From assembly GCF_009914755.1 (NCBI RefSeq), contig NC_060931.1: DNA of 64,000 nucleotides; one strand, 5' to 3'. Shown piece after piece: positions 57,871-64,000 of this stretch (position 1 is the first letter of the stretch; each line of letters begins with the position of its first letter). Both the position numbers and the translations under genes were made by a program. The DNA is from the human T2T-CHM13v2.0 reference genome, Homo sapiens. Under the pieces are notes generated by a model. That model did no database searches. It was not told the origin of the DNA and saw nothing but the letters and a program-made list of their open reading frames with translations.

Positions 57871-58304
57871 AATCAGGTGGAGAGATGTCTATTGAATCTG
57901 TTGCTAAAGCCTCTCCTTTTCACCAAGTAAATATCTCAAACTTTCTACATCTCTTCTGCCCTCAAAGGCTCCCAATTCCCTCCTTACCTCACATTGAACA
58001 GGTGACCTAGCTATTTTAGAGAGAGAGCGAAGAAAACATCAGGTGCATCTCCCTAAATTTCCCCTGATAATTCTTCTAACTAAGCTATGACCTCTCCCTG
58101 GTTCTTTCTGCAGTGGACTAGATAGTCCTCCCCCACCTAAGACTAACCCTCCACTTCACAGAACGTTCCAGAGATTTGAGGCTGCTGAGCTGTTGGTGAC
58201 CAACCCATTCTCCTGGGTCCCCCTTTCTACAGAACACAAGCCCATATCTTTCCTGCCATCTTCTGTCTAACCTTTGCATTAAACCTCTTGAAATGTCATG
58301 TCCG

Positions 58305-60025
<1,721 letters not shown>

Positions 60026-60429
60026 AATGACTTTTCTAAAAATCTTTGATTCTGTGGTTTTTCAAATCCCCATGCCTCTCCATTGTTCTCATGCTCAAGT
60101 TCAAACTCTGGGCTTCAAACTTTTGGCAGGTGCTGTTCCTTCTGCCTGGAACACACTTTCTTCTCCTGACTGTTGAGGGATGAACTCTTAACTCGTTCTT
60201 CAGGTCTTAGTTTAGACACTACTTCCCCTGGAATAGTTTCCCTGATTCCTCAAGGCTGTTAGATCCCTGCTCTGATATTCCCTTAGGTGATTTCACTTAT
60301 CATATGAATGCAATTACTCTAATTGTTTATTTCACTCTTGCCTAGTGCTGGGGCAGGCATCAATCAGTTATCTGACAAACACTTGCTGAAAAGTAGGCAT
60401 GGAAGGAATTGCTTTCGACTATGGGTATC

Positions 60430-61017
<588 letters not shown>

Positions 61018-61084
61018 TCATAGCTTCCTTAATAAGAGCATTTAATCGGATTATAGCTTTTGAAGATATCTCAGGAAACTAGGT

Positions 61085-61235
61085 AACCAAAGCACGCGCC
61101 CCATTAGGGCTCAAAGCTGCACCTGGAACTGCGCCCTGCTTGTTAATGGGTTGCCAGGCAACAGAACAAAGGTGAGGCTGAGGCGGGATCAGCAGTTGGC
61201 AGGGATCTGAGAGTGAACCACTGAGGCAACTAGAG
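61085..61235. promoter_or_regulatory. Candidate enhancer/promoter: RFX X-box plus adjacent SOX motif
   Basis: GTTGCCAGGCAAC at 61150-61162, AACAAAG at 61165-61171, TTAATGG, CAGTTGG and local CpGs in non-repeat DNA. Confidence 0.5.
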
Positions 61236-61571
61236 GCTGGAGTTCTCATCAGGACAGGACCTTAGGGACCAGCCATTAGGGACCCCCAGGATGTGGACTG
61301 GGAGCCTTGCATTGCACACGGGAGAGCATCACATCCCCAGGTGGACAAGTGCATGTTGTAAGTTGGCCTCTGATAGGATTGGGGATTATTTTTCTCAGAA
61401 GTAGAACCATGGGAACCCATGGGGGAGATTTCCTAACGACTTATGGGTAAGAAAAAACTTCTTAGGCTCACCACCTTCCGCTTCTTAAAAGCAAGCTTTA
61501 TTAGTGTTTTGGTTTTTTTTTGTAAATTATGACATACACATTCACATTTGGAAATATAAAAAGTACAGGAA

Positions 61572-61620
61572 AGATCCCGCCACTGCACTCCAGCCTGGGC
61601 GACAGAGCGAGACTCCGTCT

Positions 61621-61662
<42 letters not shown>
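61572..61662 (+). mobile_element. Severely 5'-truncated AluYa5-type insertion
   Basis: agatcCcgccactgcac (Ya5 diagnostic), CpGs intact, A41 tail, TSD aaaaagtac(a/c)ggaaag. Confidence 0.85.
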
Positions 61663-61665
<3 letters not shown>

Positions 61666-61979
61666 CCGGAAAGCACATAATTCCATGTCCCCTGAAGGAA
61701 ATTATATACATTAGGCATTCATCCTTTCAAAAACAAAACAAAAAAAAAACATAAATGAGATTATATATTTGCTCCATAACTTTTAAAACACAGAACTGTA
61801 TATAGCAGACATTTCTACATCAGCACTTTTAACAGTCATCCAGAAATGTATTGTGTGGATATGCCATATTGCACTTTTTTTTTTTTTTTTTTGCTACTAG
61901 TGATGCTGCACTGGACAACCTTATCCATATGTCTTTTTGCATGTGTGAGGTATAATAGATCAAAGACAATTCATATTTA

Positions 61980-63132
<1,153 letters not shown>

Positions 63133-63454
63133 TAGGGCTTGTTCATCTATTTTTCTTATTGACTCATAAAAGCTGTAAGTCTTATTGACTAACATAGATA
63201 GTAACATTTTCTCCAGTTTGTTAGTTTTTTTTCACAGTGCCATACAGATGCTTTTGGTTTTGAATTGGTATACAGTTCAAGCTACTGATGTTCTAGAAAG
63301 TTGCAAATTGTCCTTTTAAAATAAAAATATTTCTATCATTTAAAAAAGGTTCTCTTTTATGTGATGGCCCATAAGAAAAAGGAGGAGAAAGGACAGAATG
63401 AAGCAAAAGAGGAATGAGGGCTCTATTATATTCCTCAGACTCAACGGGATTGAT

Positions 63455-63615
63455 GAGTGATTTTCGAACTTTCATTTACACAGGAATCACTTGGAGATCT
63501 TTGAAAATGCAGAGTATGAGTCAGCAGGTCCGGGACTGGGCTTGAGATTTTGCATGTCTAACAAGCTCCCAGGTGAGGTAGATGGCCCACGGGCCATACC
63601 TGGAGCAGCAGGCTT
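63455..63615. mobile_element. MER5A
   Basis: gaatcacttggagatc...aaatgcag...ttgcatgtctaacaagctcccaggtga. Confidence 0.75.
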
Positions 63616-63775
63616 TAAATCACAACAAGGGAAAGCACTGCTGGTTTCATGGATCATCCTAACGACGTGAAAATTATCATCTGTTTTGAAAACTCTTCCT
63701 TCTCTCTTTTTAATTAAGCAGGGAAAATTCTAACTTCTTATTCTGGAAAGTAGGAGATGGCCAGGGCTCATTGGG

Positions 63776-64000
63776 GGAAGGAGAAGAAGAAGGAGAAGGA
63801 GAGGAACAGGAAGAGGAAGAGGAAGAAGACAAATAAGTGGAAGAGGAGGAGGAAGAGGAAGAAGAAGAGGAAGAGGAAGAAGATGAATAAGTGGAAGAAG
63901 AGGAGGAGGAAGAGGAAGAGGAAGAAGAAGAGGAAGAGGAAGAAGACGAATAAGTGGAAGAAGAGGAGGAGGAGGAAGAGGAAGAAGGAGGAGGAGGAGA
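63776..64000. repeat. (GAA/GAG)n repeat with a higher-order 54-63 bp unit; runs off the window
   Basis: Anchor taagtgg recurs at 63834, 63888 and 63951. Confidence 0.92.

Noticed and set aside
63776-64000. Poly-Glu coding exon
   Set aside because: In-frame TAA in every higher-order unit

Overview
Primate genomic DNA, most likely human (AluY copies plus a short AluYa5-type insertion). The window is intergenic or deep-intronic and dominated by interspersed repeats: about 60 Alu copies or fragments, a both-ends-intact Tigger1 DNA transposon carrying nested insertions (16468-22414), ERV1/MER4-group LTRs (two MER41A-type, MER4A, MER4B/D-like), a MER21, MaLR/ERVL LTRs (THE1 x2, MSTA, MLT1, MLT2A), L1 fragments, hAT MITEs, MIR/L2 relics and long simple repeats. 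I find no credible cellular protein-coding gene, tRNA or rRNA; nearly all track ORFs are Alu, LTR or low-complexity artefacts, and I cannot name the locus. I see no clear novel multi-gene system. The observations most worth checking are: (1) two MER41A LTRs whose target-site duplications (TSDs) lie beyond the canonical LTR end and enclose a primer-binding-site (PBS)-like leader; (2) several micro-scale template-switch scars; (3) an orphan retroposed fragment hosting a twin-primed L1; (4) a young AluYa5 3' fragment; (5) an RFX/SOX motif module; (6) candidate minus-strand non-coding exons. Repeat subfamily names come from recalled consensus motifs and should be confirmed with RepeatMasker/Dfam.
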